Positions 25,026 to 38,040 of a stretch of DNA of 64,000 nt are shown in pieces. The stretch is from Antedon mediterranea (taxonomy: Eukaryota; Animalia; Echinodermata), in contig NC_092672.1 in NCBI RefSeq assembly GCF_964355755.1, positions 15,624,001 through 15,688,000 on the forward strand, read 5' to 3'. The notes beneath the pieces are model-generated. The model made no database searches. It had not been told where the DNA came from and was given only the letters and a program-made list of their open reading frames with translations. A program made the translations under genes and the position numbers. Position 1 is the first letter of the stretch. Each line of letters begins with the position of its first letter.

Positions 25026-27714
25026 TTAACACAGTGGCAGATCTAGGATCTGACGAGGTGCTTAGTACCGAGCGGGGGTGGCTCCGAAAATTTTTGAAAA
25101 AATAGATGCTTACACACTGTTTAATAGGCCAGAGAAACTGTTTCCATCACACTTAATAACAAATATTACATAATGTAAATTTAAATAAATCCTTCCTAAA
25201 TACTGTTCCGATCTTTTTCGATGAACTAATAATCAAACAAAATAAACATTTGGTATTGCGGTACTCCGAAAATGCCTCGATAGTGCATGTGTTGTGTACC
25301 GTGTTTTGGTGGTCTGTTAACCACAGAGATATATACCCAACAACCGGGTGAATGAATAATTCAATGTAATTTGGTATACAATGATCCCGTAACACAAATC
25401 AAAAAACACCCAAATATGCCACATACTTTTTTCGGACGTCCCCCCATGTACATACAAGACATTTCATGTTTATTTTATACCTATAAAATAATAAAAGGAC
25501 ACCATGTTTCTCATTTATTTTTATCGTTTATACTGCATACCATAATATTATACAAAAAACCTTCATGCGCGGGAAAAAAGTTCCCGATATTACACTCCAT
25601 TCAGGGGTGTAAATATACCACCCTAACGCTTGCACACACGGACCACAGGGCGGCGGAAATTTTCTTATCTTAGCTCTTTCACTGTGTAGGCCTATTTACA
25701 CAACTATAATGCTAACCCTACTGTAGCTCTAGGGCCTACCCGGCCTAGCTAGGCCTACTCTTCTTAATTAAAAGATTAATCCACGTCTAGCGACGGTCAA
25801 TCGCGAAAGCTCCGATTTACACAAAAACTTATTAAATATTCACAACATACCAACCACTCCCAGTTCAGGATCACCAGTTCAACGTCTCATGTCACGATGA
25901 CTTCGAACTCCAATACTAACACCACAACCGCTCTTAAACCCGCATGTTATTACTAATGTTACAAACTCTCTACACCATTGTCATACCATAACAAAGAAGT
26001 CTTATGATAAGCACGCAAAATCTCTTTGACCTCTCAACCAAAATGAAACGGTACGCACCCAAAGGAAAGCTGGCCACAAAAAGATTGGTACTATAGTTCG
26101 TAACACAAAACACCCACGATTTTAGTATTATTTTCAGACCTGATAGTGTTAAAAGATAGAAGACAATTTTCAAAAGAAGGCGAGCAGTATTAAAGTAACA
26201 AGTAAACAAAAATTGCATTTTCTTGAGAACTACTTGTCCAAAAAACTTTTTGTACAAGAGGCAAGAGTTATAATTTGTGATTTGTAATTTTAAAACATAA
26301 TTTGATTTAATGTACAGGATTTTTTATATGAGTAGTTTTTAAAAACCTATTTCTTTTCAAATTCACCCGTCTGTTTTTGACGTTTCTGTTCTATTGTTAG
26401 TCAACTGATACTATTGTTGGTAGTTGAAAGGCTGGTTACATAACCATTACACCAAATTCGCATACACATGCTTTTAGTGAAATTATCCTAAATCACAGAC
26501 AGCATTCCGGATTCACCACGATAAGCGGTTAAAGCGCTCATGAGGTTAAAAGTCAAGGTCATTGTAAACAAATTATAAAAAAAAAAAAAAATTAAATCGA
26601 ATTTACATGCGCAGTTTGCTGTGCATGAATGGTGACAACAAATTATACAAAATACTCACAACTTAAAAAAAAAAATTATGCTTCTAAATATATAAAAACA
26701 ATTGTTGAAGTTAGTTTGAAAATAAAATTCGAAAATATAACCGTTTTTCGAAGCACGCTGTTCGAAACGTGACAGGCGCGTTGAATGAATCTAGGCCTAA
26801 ACATACAACGTAAAATCGTCTAAAATCCATCTTTATTTGTAATAATCACTATTTTGAAGCTTGTATACAATAAATGTATAATAAATGAAGATTATGTATC
26901 AGTTACAGTGTCTAAATCGTCATATTTCCATGTAAAAATGTGATTTTTCTACCGGAGAAAAGTCGTGAAGATGTCCTCATGAGGGGCGCGCCATATTGTT
27001 TACCTTTGATTGTAATATGAACCCTGACATGTCAGATGCATTATGGGCATGAAATATTTGTTCAAACTCTGCGCAAAGGTCAGTTTATTGAAGAATAACT
27101 TTTGACAAACATTTTGATACCATACTTGTTTTAATTTCATAAGTTTTCGACACATTTTCTGCAAGCTACACATCTAAAACAGCAGACTAAGCTCCCGAGG
27201 GATGCCGGTGCGCGTGAGAATCGCGAATTCCAAGTCGCTTTCGGGATGTTTTTTTTAACATTCCCGATGAACAAACAGTGGCGACGACGCTCTCGGGGCG
27301 GCTCCCGATAGGCCTAGGCCCCATATGGTCATCGTCGGATGAGTCAGTCTACTAATTTCTTCATAATTTTGAAACCGGTCATTCATAATGGTCAAGTTTG
27401 GTCTTATTTTGAAGAGAAGAAATAGGTTCTGATGAAGAGATGAGTTTTATTATGAAAAATTTATTAATTTTTTAGCATTTGGTAGTCAAAGATAAATTAC
27501 AAATTTTTAATAATTTTCCTAAAATATTTCTAAAATTTGCATATTCCATACTCCGCCAAAATAAGTAAGTAACACAAATTTGATAACATATTTGAAAATA
27601 AAATGTCCTTTACATTATTTTTCTTTTTTAATTTTTTTAATGTCTGTGTTTAGAAAAAAAGTTAGGGTTAATTATGTGACTTGGGGGTCAATGGGTTAAG
27701 ACACACACAATTAT

Positions 27715-27797
27715 ATATATATATATTTCCAGGGAAATCTTATGTAGGAGAATTTTACAGTAGGCGGAGGTATGCAGTCTCAGAGTGGCTTTCTTTA
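27715..27797 (+). mobile_element. HINE 3' end (family of 2873/14101), opposite orientation
   Basis: Its reverse complement matches 14105-14180 closely over about 75 bp. Confidence 0.65.
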
Positions 27798-28139
27798 TTA
27801 TATTGTGTTGTATTTTTTTTATATCTACAGCAGGGTGTAGTTATTTGATTATACATGTTACCATTATTACACCCAAACAAAATAAACACCTTCTCCGAAT
27901 AAATAAATGCCCGGGCCTTTTATTCGGTTAATTAACTATGGTAAGTTGCTTCTAGCATTTTGAACTGTTGAGCTGGACGTTTCTATCAAAAAGTTTGGTC
28001 GTCCTCGAGGGTCAACAATATTTTTTAGCATTTGAAAATTTTCAACGAGCATGTATGCGTAACTTTCTGTGAAACATGCCATTTTAGCTCATGATATAAA
28101 TTACACTTTTACTAAGTTTAAATTTAAATTGTAAAAACA

Positions 28140-29070
28140 CGAAATTCATAAAATCGCACGCAAGTCACGTTGAGCAATTCTGTCTTTCAAAAATAGGAGG
28201 TGCACAACTTCACGTAAATGCCCACATGTTGACAAATTTATAAAATGTTATGTTTACACGTTTTAGAGAAACGCGAGACAAAAAACTGACAGAAAGGAAG
28301 AATACAGAAAAAAAAGATAGTTTTCCACCAAGTGCGGATAACTAACTAGAACGTGGTTCTCCCTAATTTTTGTTTGTTTATCTAATCAATAGCATAGTAT
28401 TATTCCTCATTTATTAATTAGAGAACTGTGTTGTTGGCTCACTTCCCTCCTGTCTGTCAATAATACTTCCTTTATTAATTATTGTTTCGGGATTAAATCA
28501 CAAAATGTTTAGGTAATTGATTTACATGTTATGATAACATTTCTAAATTCGAAACCATTTGTTAATTGATCCATATTATCGTCTTTTGAGATATCATGTA
28601 CAGTTAGCTTTGTTGACACGTTGTCTTTAATTCAAATTCTCATCCATAAAGGCCTACATCTTAATCAAATTGTAATACTAATATATTTCAAACTTGGCTG
28701 ACATTAGTCTTCCTGTACATTTGCAATGAATGCATTAAACAATATATAAGAATTAATTGTGTAGAACTTGTCCTTTTATATAATTCTTCAACATTATCTA
28801 AAAAATCATTTTAATTATTCATTTCCAACATTGTTGCAGTAATTATTTTATCATTATGTTTGATATAATGAAAGTCCCATTCCCTACGTTTTTTATATCT
28901 AATTTAAGGTCACAAACTACATTTAATGTAAAAATAATACTATATGGTCCTATTGCGAACTTTTTTCATCTTTAAACGGTAAAAAAAGGAAAAAATAATT
29001 ACAGCGGCCTGCTATAAATCCGAACATACATTGAGCGCATATTGATATTTTCGTTTTTCTTCTGTGATTT
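28140..29070 (+). repeat. About 0.93-kb direct duplication, copy 1 (copy 2 at ~31166-32120)
   Basis: Colinear from GAAATTCATAAAATCGCACG through a HINE-type hairpin end (TCCACCAAGTGCGGATAAC), unique-looking flank and a Kolobok-like start. Confidence 0.9.
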
Positions 29071-31165
29071 AATAAGAAACATTTTACAGTTTTCTGAAAT
29101 CCCCTGAACGCTATGTTATTTTTGTTTTTTACGCTTGGCTGGTGGCTTCCGTACCACGCAAAAATCGTGTCCTAAGACTTTCACGGTCACCCACCGTCAC
29201 CGCCGCGCAGCAGGTGAATGTTTTTAAATTGGGTATGCTCAAGAGGTATGAAAGTGCAGTCATGCAGGCCTAGGCTAGGGGCCTATAGGCTCACAAAATT
29301 ATGTACGACGGTACGTCGTAGGCCTATATGCTAAAAATATTTATAGCAAATTAACACTCGTATCGTTGTTGAACGTGCAGATAATATAGGCCAAAGCACA
29401 GGGAAAAGGCGTTTCTGTCGGGGGAGAAATTTATACGATCCCGGCTCGATTATTTATTACCCAACACAGAAGCCGGCGGCCGGCCTTGCTGTTTATATAG
29501 TCCGCAATAAATGCATGTGTGTGTTTAGCTAAATCCCCGTTAGACTCTACCATTTCCCGAATGTTGTTTTGTTTACTCTACTGACGCACTGCACGCACGA
29601 GGAAACTTTATTAAGGGTAGAATATGAAATTACATTATTGGAGCCTAAAATGCATAACGCATAAATATTAATTTCGATAAGATCATTCATTGAAGATACT
29701 ATGTTTTTTTTTAATCTGAAAAGTACACCCCTATCAATAAATAGACAATCCCGAGTCGTCGATCGTTTGTGCAGCGCAACACGTGATAGTTTGGGTAGAC
29801 TCCATTAGCCACGTGTAATGTCGGTCTCTCTGTGCAGTATACCTCCATCATATTGAAATAACAAAGAGACGCCTGGTACAACGAAACAAGTTGACGAAAA
29901 TGGAGCTTGAAGTAAACAACATTATAACGAACAAAATAAATGCTTGAAGATCGACAAATGGACCTTTTAGTTGGACTTTATGCTTTCGCCAAAATGATTA
30001 TTTTATTATCTATTTTGTCATATGTCATCGCCAAAATGGCTAAAGTAGCCGTTTTATTTTTCGCCAATCTGGAAACGTTTTCGCCCATGGCGATTTGACG
30101 ATCGGCCAGTGCGAGCCCAGGCATAAAACATAAAACTTAGACGGACGCATTACAATTACAAAAAATGACATTTGGATAGACAGAAAAAGAAAACAATACA
30201 AAGTGAGATCAAGCATAATAAAAACATATCATAGAAATATAATGCAATCGTGGAGGGAGTTAAAAATGTTAGAAGTAATGCAAAATAGTTACAACTCCAT
30301 GATGCAGTGTACCCCTCCAATTTGGATTTCAGAGATCTCACTCCTGATGTCTACGGCTGACTTTGGCAGCCAGCCGCAGCTGTCAGTCAGTCCCGGACAT
30401 CCCCGGCGTCCATCTAGGCTGTATAGTATGTGTACACCGATTGGATGAGGAGTGGACTGGTCCACAATTAGAGGGGTAATATGCGTCTTAGGCGTTAATT
30501 CTAAAATATAATGTACAGTAAGCATAATATGCAGGCAATAGGTAACAATAATTTTAATGATCGTATAAGCTAGCAATATGTTTAAAATATCATCTTTTTT
30601 ATATTGTACTTTAGTATAGGGAGCGAGGTCATGTGATTTTGAGAGATATGAAGATGTCCTGGTACATGGGTCAAAGGTCAGAAATGGCATTTCTAATCAT
30701 TTTCATTTTTTACTAAAATGCCCCATTAGACTGAATATAAATGCATGCCTTCTGAACATTTTCAGTACCTTTTTTTATTTGTTTATATAACCCTTGTCCC
30801 TGACCCTTTGACCTTTTGTAATATTTTTCAAAATGTGTAACAGTATATTTGAACAATTTAAGACCAAATTCAAGTATCTACGACCAGTAGTTACAGAGAT
30901 ACATACATGCCCTTGGTTGTGGGTCAAAGGTCACAAAATGGCATTTCCAGTCACTTTTGACTACGAAAGTTGATCTAGCTACTAGAGTATATGATGACGT
31001 CACAACCTCCAATGCGCAACATTTGTACATAAATTTGTATCTACAATTCAACAGCTTCCAGAAAACATTTTAATCATGAGTATCACTTTTCATTCTGACC
31101 TACGGAGCTACAACATATTGATATTTTCTGTAATGATGAAAATAAGTGATCTATGTTAAATATGC

Positions 31166-32120
31166 GAAATTCATAAAATCGCACGTAAGTCATGTTGAGC
31201 AATTCTGACGTCATTCAAAAATAGAAGGTGCACAACTTTACGTAAATGCACATATGTTGACAATATTTTAAAATGTTATGTTTACACGTTTTAGAGATAG
31301 TGAGACAAAAAACTGACAGAAAGAAAGAATACAGACAAAAAATTATGATTTCATGCATTAACAAGGAGTTATCCACCAAGTGCGGATAACTAACTAGAAC
31401 GTGGTTCTTCCTAATTTTTGTTTGTTTATCTAATCAATAGCATAGTATTATTCCTCATTTATTAATTAGAGAACTGTGTTGTTGGCTCACTTGCCTTCTG
31501 TCTGTCAATAATATTTCCTTAATTAATTATTGTTTCGGGATTAAATCACAAAATGTTTAGGTAATTGATTTACATGTTATGATAACATTTCTAAATTCGA
31601 AACCATTTGTTAATTGATCCATATTATCGTCTTTTGAGATATCATGTACAGTTAGCTTTGTTGACACGTTGCCTTTAATTCAAATTCTCATCCATAAAGG
31701 CCTACATCTTAATCAAATTGTAATACTGTACTAATATATTTCAAACTTGGCTGACATTAGGCTTCCTGTACATTTGCAATGAATGAATTAAACAATTTAT
31801 AAGAATTAATTGTGTAGAACTTGTCCTTTTATATAATTCTTCAACATTATCTTTAATTTTTTTTAAATCATTTAAATTATTCATTTCCATCATTGTTGCA
31901 GTAATTATTTTATCATCATGCTTAATATAATGAAAATCTCATTCCCATTTTAGATCTAATTTAAACTACATTTAATGTAAAAATAATACTATATGGTCCT
32001 ATATTGCGATAACTTTTTTCATCTTTAAACGGTAAAAATAAAAAAAATTAAAATTAAAGCGGCCAGCTATAAATCCCAACATACATTGCGCGCCTATTGA
32101 TATTTTCGTTTTCTTCTGTG
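31166..32120 (+). repeat. About 0.95-kb direct duplication, copy 2
   Basis: Matches 28140-29070. Confidence 0.9.
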
Positions 32121-32499
32121 ATTCACCCACTTTTGATCGATCGTGAAGGCCAAAACAAATGGAAGAATCATAACTTTTTAGCGAAAATACCAGATTTTCC
32201 CCAATTTGTATCAACAGATTCTACAAAAAAACAGAAAGACAATTATTGCAGCAACTAGACAACATCAGGCTAGCTAGCGTATGATGTTCGTACGTTACTG
32301 CTCTTTACCAGCTAGGCCTACAAAACTAAGCCTAGCTAGGCAAGGCTTAAAGACCGTCCATGAGAGAACATTCGATGCAATATTAGGTAGTGCATTGTAT
32401 TTATCATAATTTACCATAAACATATTAAATGTATTAAAATACATTTAAAACAAGGAATGACCTGGTTTAATGTTTTTAAAGTAATATTTAGCAACAAAA

Positions 32500-33015
32500 A
32501 CAAAACAAAATATGGGCCCCATATAAACAAAATATGGGCCAAAATGTGGGTCCTATATAGATTGGCCCATACGGGAAAGAGCTGCCCGTGCACCCTCGAT
32601 TCTTAAGGAACCCATATAGTTTTGCCCAGATGAACCCACAGGCCCGCTATCGACCTTTTTTTGGTTCATGGGCTACATGCAGGCCCTGTATTGGATATAT
32701 ATGGGTCAAACTTTTGGTCCCATATAGATTAACCCTTAAAAAAAAATAGTAGCTGTGATAAGGTATGGGATTTTCCAAAGAATTCACGGAACAGTTGTGG
32801 GTTCTTTGTGGGGTCTATGCAGGCCCTGTAGTGGACAAACATGTGCAAATAATGAATTCCATCATATGCAAGCTCAGTCCTTAAAGCACCCATAAAGTAT
32901 ATAATTGCCAATAATTTGCCAGTATGGGCTGACCCATAAATAGCCCATATGAGTTTACCCATGAGATACAGTACCTTTATGGGCCCCCAAATGCACTGAC
33001 CTATATGGGCATACA
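32500..33015. repeat. ATATGGGC/GCCCATAT-rich degenerate repeat (likely a foldback MITE)
   Basis: Many short TGGGCC/CCCATAT motifs in both orientations. Confidence 0.4.
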
Positions 33016-33639
33016 CATATATTGATTGATCCTAACCATTAGTTCCTTGCGGATTTTAATATTGACTGTATCATTTTCGTTTCCTCGTCCTTGACTCGTT
33101 TTAATTTATTCGAGTGACGCTACATCTGTCACTTATTATAATAGGCTGGCGAGCGGCGGCGAAGTCGTTGTGGTTTACAGAAAACTTTAATATTTGAAGC
33201 CTAGGCGGACGAAGTTTGAGTTTTTAAGGAAAAATTATTTTCGCAAGTTTTGTAAATGATATAAAATTTGTTTTCACAAATCGACAAATCCAATCGCAAT
33301 TTGCGAAAACGCAAATGGTTAGCGTGAGCATAGACATGTACAAGTCACTAAGAGTATGTTCAGATCCATGGAGTTATGCTTTCGTATCGCAAGCAATGTC
33401 ATATTATAATTAGCGTCATAACAGAAGAGTGTTCAGATTTGCCTAACTCTTCAAACTGAATCACCGATTTGGGCGAACATCTAGTATGCAGGAATGCAGG
33501 AATAAATTTAATTGGTTAGAGGTCAAAATCGTTGTACGAGGTGGATTCCACTACTCTTTTCCTTATATGCCCTATTTCTGCTGCTAAGTAAATACAGTAT
33601 TTAAAACGGTATTTTTTATTGGCAGCATCCAGGTCTGTT

Positions 33640-34385
33640 TAACAGTATTTGGAGAGAGTTTGCACCGGAAATTGCAATTATACATTGATATATGAAAAGA
33701 AATTACAAGTATACGGAGAAACAGCCCACCGAGGTTGGGATGGAGCTAAGAACATTTAAACAAATAGAATTTTAGGTCTCTGGAAATTGGATTATAGTAT
33801 TTCGAAAAAAGTCTCCAGGACCAGCCCTACCCATTAGGATTGAGCTGCGAAGACATTTTGACAAATAGAACTGAGATACCTGGAAATTGCACTTATATAG
33901 GCCCCTATTGATAAATGAAACTAAATTATTCAGGACCAGCCCGCCATGGATGGTTGGGTGGAGCTAAGAAAATTTTGAAAAATACAGCTGCTAGGTTCCT
34001 GCAAAACATTGAAATAGAAAACAAAATTATAGGTGTACAGGACCAGACCACCATGGTTGGAGTGGAGAGAATATTTTGAAAAATAGAGTTGGTAGGTCCC
34101 GAAAATTGAATTTATTATACTTCGTAAAAAACTAAATATATACCGGCACGTCTCCAGAACAAGCCCTACCATGGTTGGGACCGAGATATTAAACAAAAAT
34201 TGAAAAAAATAGAGCTCTAGGTTCCCAGACAATGCACTGACTGTTATGTACTTCAAAATATGAAACAAAATGCATAAGTATCCATGACCAGCTCTATTAT
34301 TATGGCTGAGCTAAGAAAATTTTGAAAACTACAGCTGCAGGTCTTCAAAAATTACTTTAAAAATATCAGGCCTAGATGCCTAAAA
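33640..34385. repeat. Degenerate ~95-120-bp tandem repeat
   Basis: CAGGACCAGCCC..GGTTGG..GGAGCTAAGAAAATTTTGAAAAATA..AGGT..GGAAATTG recurs about 6 times. Confidence 0.65.
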
Positions 34386-34537
34386 AGTGACCCTGTTTGC
34401 CTTTTATTTGGAGGGGAATGCGGGGAAATCAGTTTATTTCCCATATGTATATGCATGTGTACCATCTGAAATTTCGATGTACGATGAGAAGTTCATGACA
34501 TACAGGACATTGAAAATGTAAATAACTTAGCCATAAT

Positions 34538-35031
34538 AGGGAGGTTTCGCAACCTTACGAATACGATAACGGATACGTCACACATTTGTGAAACTTTTGA
34601 GCTGATCCCCATTTCATATTCGTAAAGCGTATTCGTGTTGACGAATAACACCAGTCATATTCGTAACTACAAAACGAGTATAGTTTTTGATCTATTTTGC
34701 ACATTTTGCATTTGAATCAGGAATGATTCATGATTATAATATAATTATACTTTTATTACTAATAGTAGTTTACTAAAATGCCAGGTCAATTTTGATAAAT
34801 AGCGTTTCAAGTCCTCACTCGCTTTGATGTTACGCTAGGCCTAGGCAGCCAAGCAGCAACAAGCAACACGTACCTGCGCTTCGCTCAAATTTACCGCAGT
34901 CATATTTTGGACGGTACCCTCAATATTTCATTGCCATGCGAAACAGATTTTTACTGGCTTACAAAAAACGAATACGTGTGCGTGACGTATCAGTTTTCGT
35001 TATCGTATTCGTAAGATTGCGAAACCTATCT
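34538..35031. mobile_element. MITE, PIF/Harbinger-like, 3-bp TSD AAT
   Basis: TIR AGGGAGGTTTCGCAA / TTGCGAAACCTATCT flanked by AAT. Sister of 9116-9610. Confidence 0.85.
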
Positions 35032-36224
35032 AATAAGATGTTTGCTAAACAAAAATGACATTTTTTGTTTAGTAATGTAGACCTACAGTTCTTACAGATC
35101 AGCCCATGGGTGTTATAGTCTCGCGCATTTACAATTTTCGCACCCCAAGACCGCAACCAGCCACCAGCCTATGCCTCTGCAATTATAACGATATACCTTT
35201 TGGCCCGTGGTCAGGTTTTAAATTCGCGTATATTTTCTATGATAGGCATATTGAACTTTAAAATTAAAATGGCCTCAAATTATGCTATAACGTGTTGCTT
35301 CCAAGGGCTTCGCCACTTGGACCCCTACCCGCCAATCACACATGTGACATTGTATTGTTGTACTGTATTGATATGTCACATGCAACAATGAATAATGTTT
35401 TGATAAGAAAGTCGGGCGGTGTCCACCCACGAGGTGAAAAAGAACTTTAATATTTTTTTACATGCAAATGTCTGTGAAACACTTGATTTAGTGGAGAAGT
35501 CTACTTTATTAACAAAATTATCGTAGGCCTAGGTGGCTAGGCTATAACACACTGAAAAGGTGTCCGACATTACCCATTGTTTATTACGAGTGTTGACAAA
35601 GTGCGAGGCAGCGAGGTATGCGAGGCACGCCAAATATTTGTGCGAGGCATCATTTTATCATTTCCAAAAGTGCGAGGTATGCGACGCATATAGTTTACAA
35701 TTTCAAAAAGGTACGAGGCATATCTTAACGTGCTATTATAATGGTAATACAAAAAATTCATAATAAGGAGCAGTTTACTAGCCCATTCATGAAGTCATGA
35801 ACAACATTATAACAACATGAAATTGATGTATTGTCGCTGGTCAAATTTTTTTTAGGTAAAAACTTGAAACACATAAAAATTTGTGAAGTTTCAGGCCATA
35901 ATTGTTTGACTAGAATGGTTTTTCTATTCTCAGTAAACATATCTATTATTTTTATTCATACACATTATATCCGCGGCATATTATATTTCCTTCAACACCA
36001 ATTGTACAGTAATATATACAGAACCTGATTTTCTTTGTAGTGACTCTTACGGATGTGAAAATTTTATATTCAGTATTCAACACAATTTACAAAATCCATT
36101 TACTGTTTTTCATGTTTGAATTCAATGCACATTTTAACATGTTGAATATGCCATGTTCTATCAACAAGACAGAATTAATCAATGAAAACATTTCAAATAT
36201 TGAGCTGTGTTATAACCGCTATTG

Positions 36225-37718
36225 CGAAAATGCCAGCTAATGTCGAAACAACCGTTAATGTAGAACAATCCACTGCTAATGTCGTTAAACCTCCAGCTAA
36301 TGTACAAACTCCAACAGCTTATGTACTAGTAAGTAAAAAATCAACACCAGATAATGTAGAACGGTCAACAACTAATGTAGCAACGGAAATTGCCTGACGG
36401 CTAATGTAGTTAATGTATACAGCAAATGTAGAAAATGTTGTACAAGTTACTAACCTATGTCTAAATCATGTGCAAATCAATTAGCAATCAGTCTATCCAC
36501 CTCTCTTCTCATAATTGACCACCTACTTTCATAAGGGACCGCTTCTCATGTAATCGACAACCTTTCTTACGCGAAGGTTGTATGTAATTGATCGAGTCTG
36601 TTTATTACCACGCTATATGAGCCCGTCAAATTTTTTAATTAATATAGATCGTCAGAAAGTGTATGAATCACATTACACATGATTTATTATGAAAATAAGA
36701 GAAAAAAGGTTTATTACATCATTATTAATTGCATATTAAATTTTAAAATAATAATTTTGACAATCAAACATTTAACTATGACATTTTCTTGGACCGAACA
36801 AACTTAACTTTAACCTTCCTTAAAATTTTCATATATTAACGTTTGAAATATATATACTTTGAGTTGACAGTGCATAATTTTTGTTAATTTTTAAAGATGC
36901 CATCATAGTAAAAAATTATGATTCATTGCGGTATGTAATAAGCTATCTGCGCCAAAGTGGTTACTGCATATTATACAATACTATAGAATACACGGAGGAA
37001 TCTTCCTTCAACTTTTATTCAGATGTATATCCGACTCGGTGGTCTGTGATCCCGTCTATAGCACAGATGAAATCTCACCTTGGGAAACAAAACAAAATAC
37101 GATTTGTTCTTTATATCTGTGTTGTTTGTTCAATTTTATTTCTTAGTGTATAAATTACATTTATAGTGTATAAATTATACGCATGATTTATAATCAAATC
37201 TAGTGACAAAATAATGTCCTAATTATTATGTAAGGGTGGTTTATGACAAAGACGGGGAGGGATCTTTGATAGGATTGTTTTATCCATGTATATGGCTTGA
37301 TATGCAGTGATACCGGCTATTGTATTTGCATTATCAAGATCCTATCTTTCATATATTAATATATCTTTTGAAAATCAATTATTGTTATATAAATCAATGC
37401 ATATAACCTATAATTCATTTATAGTGACGAATTAAATCTACTGTTAATAATATTATTAAGAGATGGTGGTCATTTACGAGAGTTTGTTGTTATGAGCGGT
37501 GTTTGATTATGATAAGTGGTCCGCTAAGGTGGTCGCTAACAAGGGTGGTCGCTTACGATGTATGGTCGTTACGGGAGGTGGTCCCTTACGAGATTGCCGC
37601 TTACAAGAGGTGGATATACTGATGGAGATTGTAATTCCATAGCGAGGCAATTTCCGTTTCTAAATTAGTTGGGAGGTTTTACTACATTAGCGGTAGATTG
37701 TTCTACATTAGTGGTTGT
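36225..37718. mobile_element. Putative DNA element with mirrored subterminal repeat arrays
   Basis: Left: 21-bp GCTAATGTAG repeats (36235-36430), then CCACCTCTC repeats (36495-36570). Right: GAGGTGGTC repeats (37460-37612), then CTACATTAG repeats (37660-37712). Confidence 0.5.
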
Positions 37719-37854
37719 AACAAGCTGCACTTTCCCTAAATTCTTCTAAGAGGAAAGCATAGAACAAAATAAGTCTCTGCTTACAGGGAACGGATACTCT
37801 GCTTGGGAATAAAATTAAGACAAAAGATTTTCCTACTAAGATGCCATTTAGTAT

Positions 37855-38040
37855 ATATATAGATCCAAAGGCAAATTACTGAAAAAATGACAATGCTGTG
37901 GGTGGATCTCAATAGAGATACAAAAAAAAGCAAAAAGCTAAATCAAAACGATAAAGTAAAACAGCCAGAAAAATTAGCAGAGCTTTCGGGCAACACTAGC
38001 CCTTCATCAGTGCAAGTGAAGGAATTTGGATAACGTTATA
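37855..38040 (-). mobile_element. Penelope pseudo-LTR fragment
   Basis: The reverse complement of 37860-37910 (TCCACCCAC..TTTTTTCAGTAATTTGCCTTTGGAT) matches 54249-54286 at the 3' end of the Penelope element. It contains a hammerhead motif. Confidence 0.7.
37975..38015 (-). ncRNA. Minimal type I hammerhead ribozyme motif (Penelope-type)
   Basis: Minus strand: TTGCA-CTGATGA-A-GGGC(TAGTGTT)GCCC-GAA-AGCT-C-TGCTAA. This gives the core boxes, a 4-bp helix II, palindromic AGCT helix III and GCA/TGC helix I. Confidence 0.7.

Noticed and set aside
14101-27797. About 75-bp inverted repeats 13.7 kb apart as TIRs of a giant transposon
   Set aside because: The same sequence is the 3' end of a dispersed HINE (also at 2873). 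No TSD or element-scale coding content is seen, so two independent copies is the simpler reading.
36182-36397. Thr/Asn/Val-rich 71-aa ORF as a mucin-like gene
   Set aside because: It is the translation of a degenerate 21-bp repeat array mirrored at 37660-37712.
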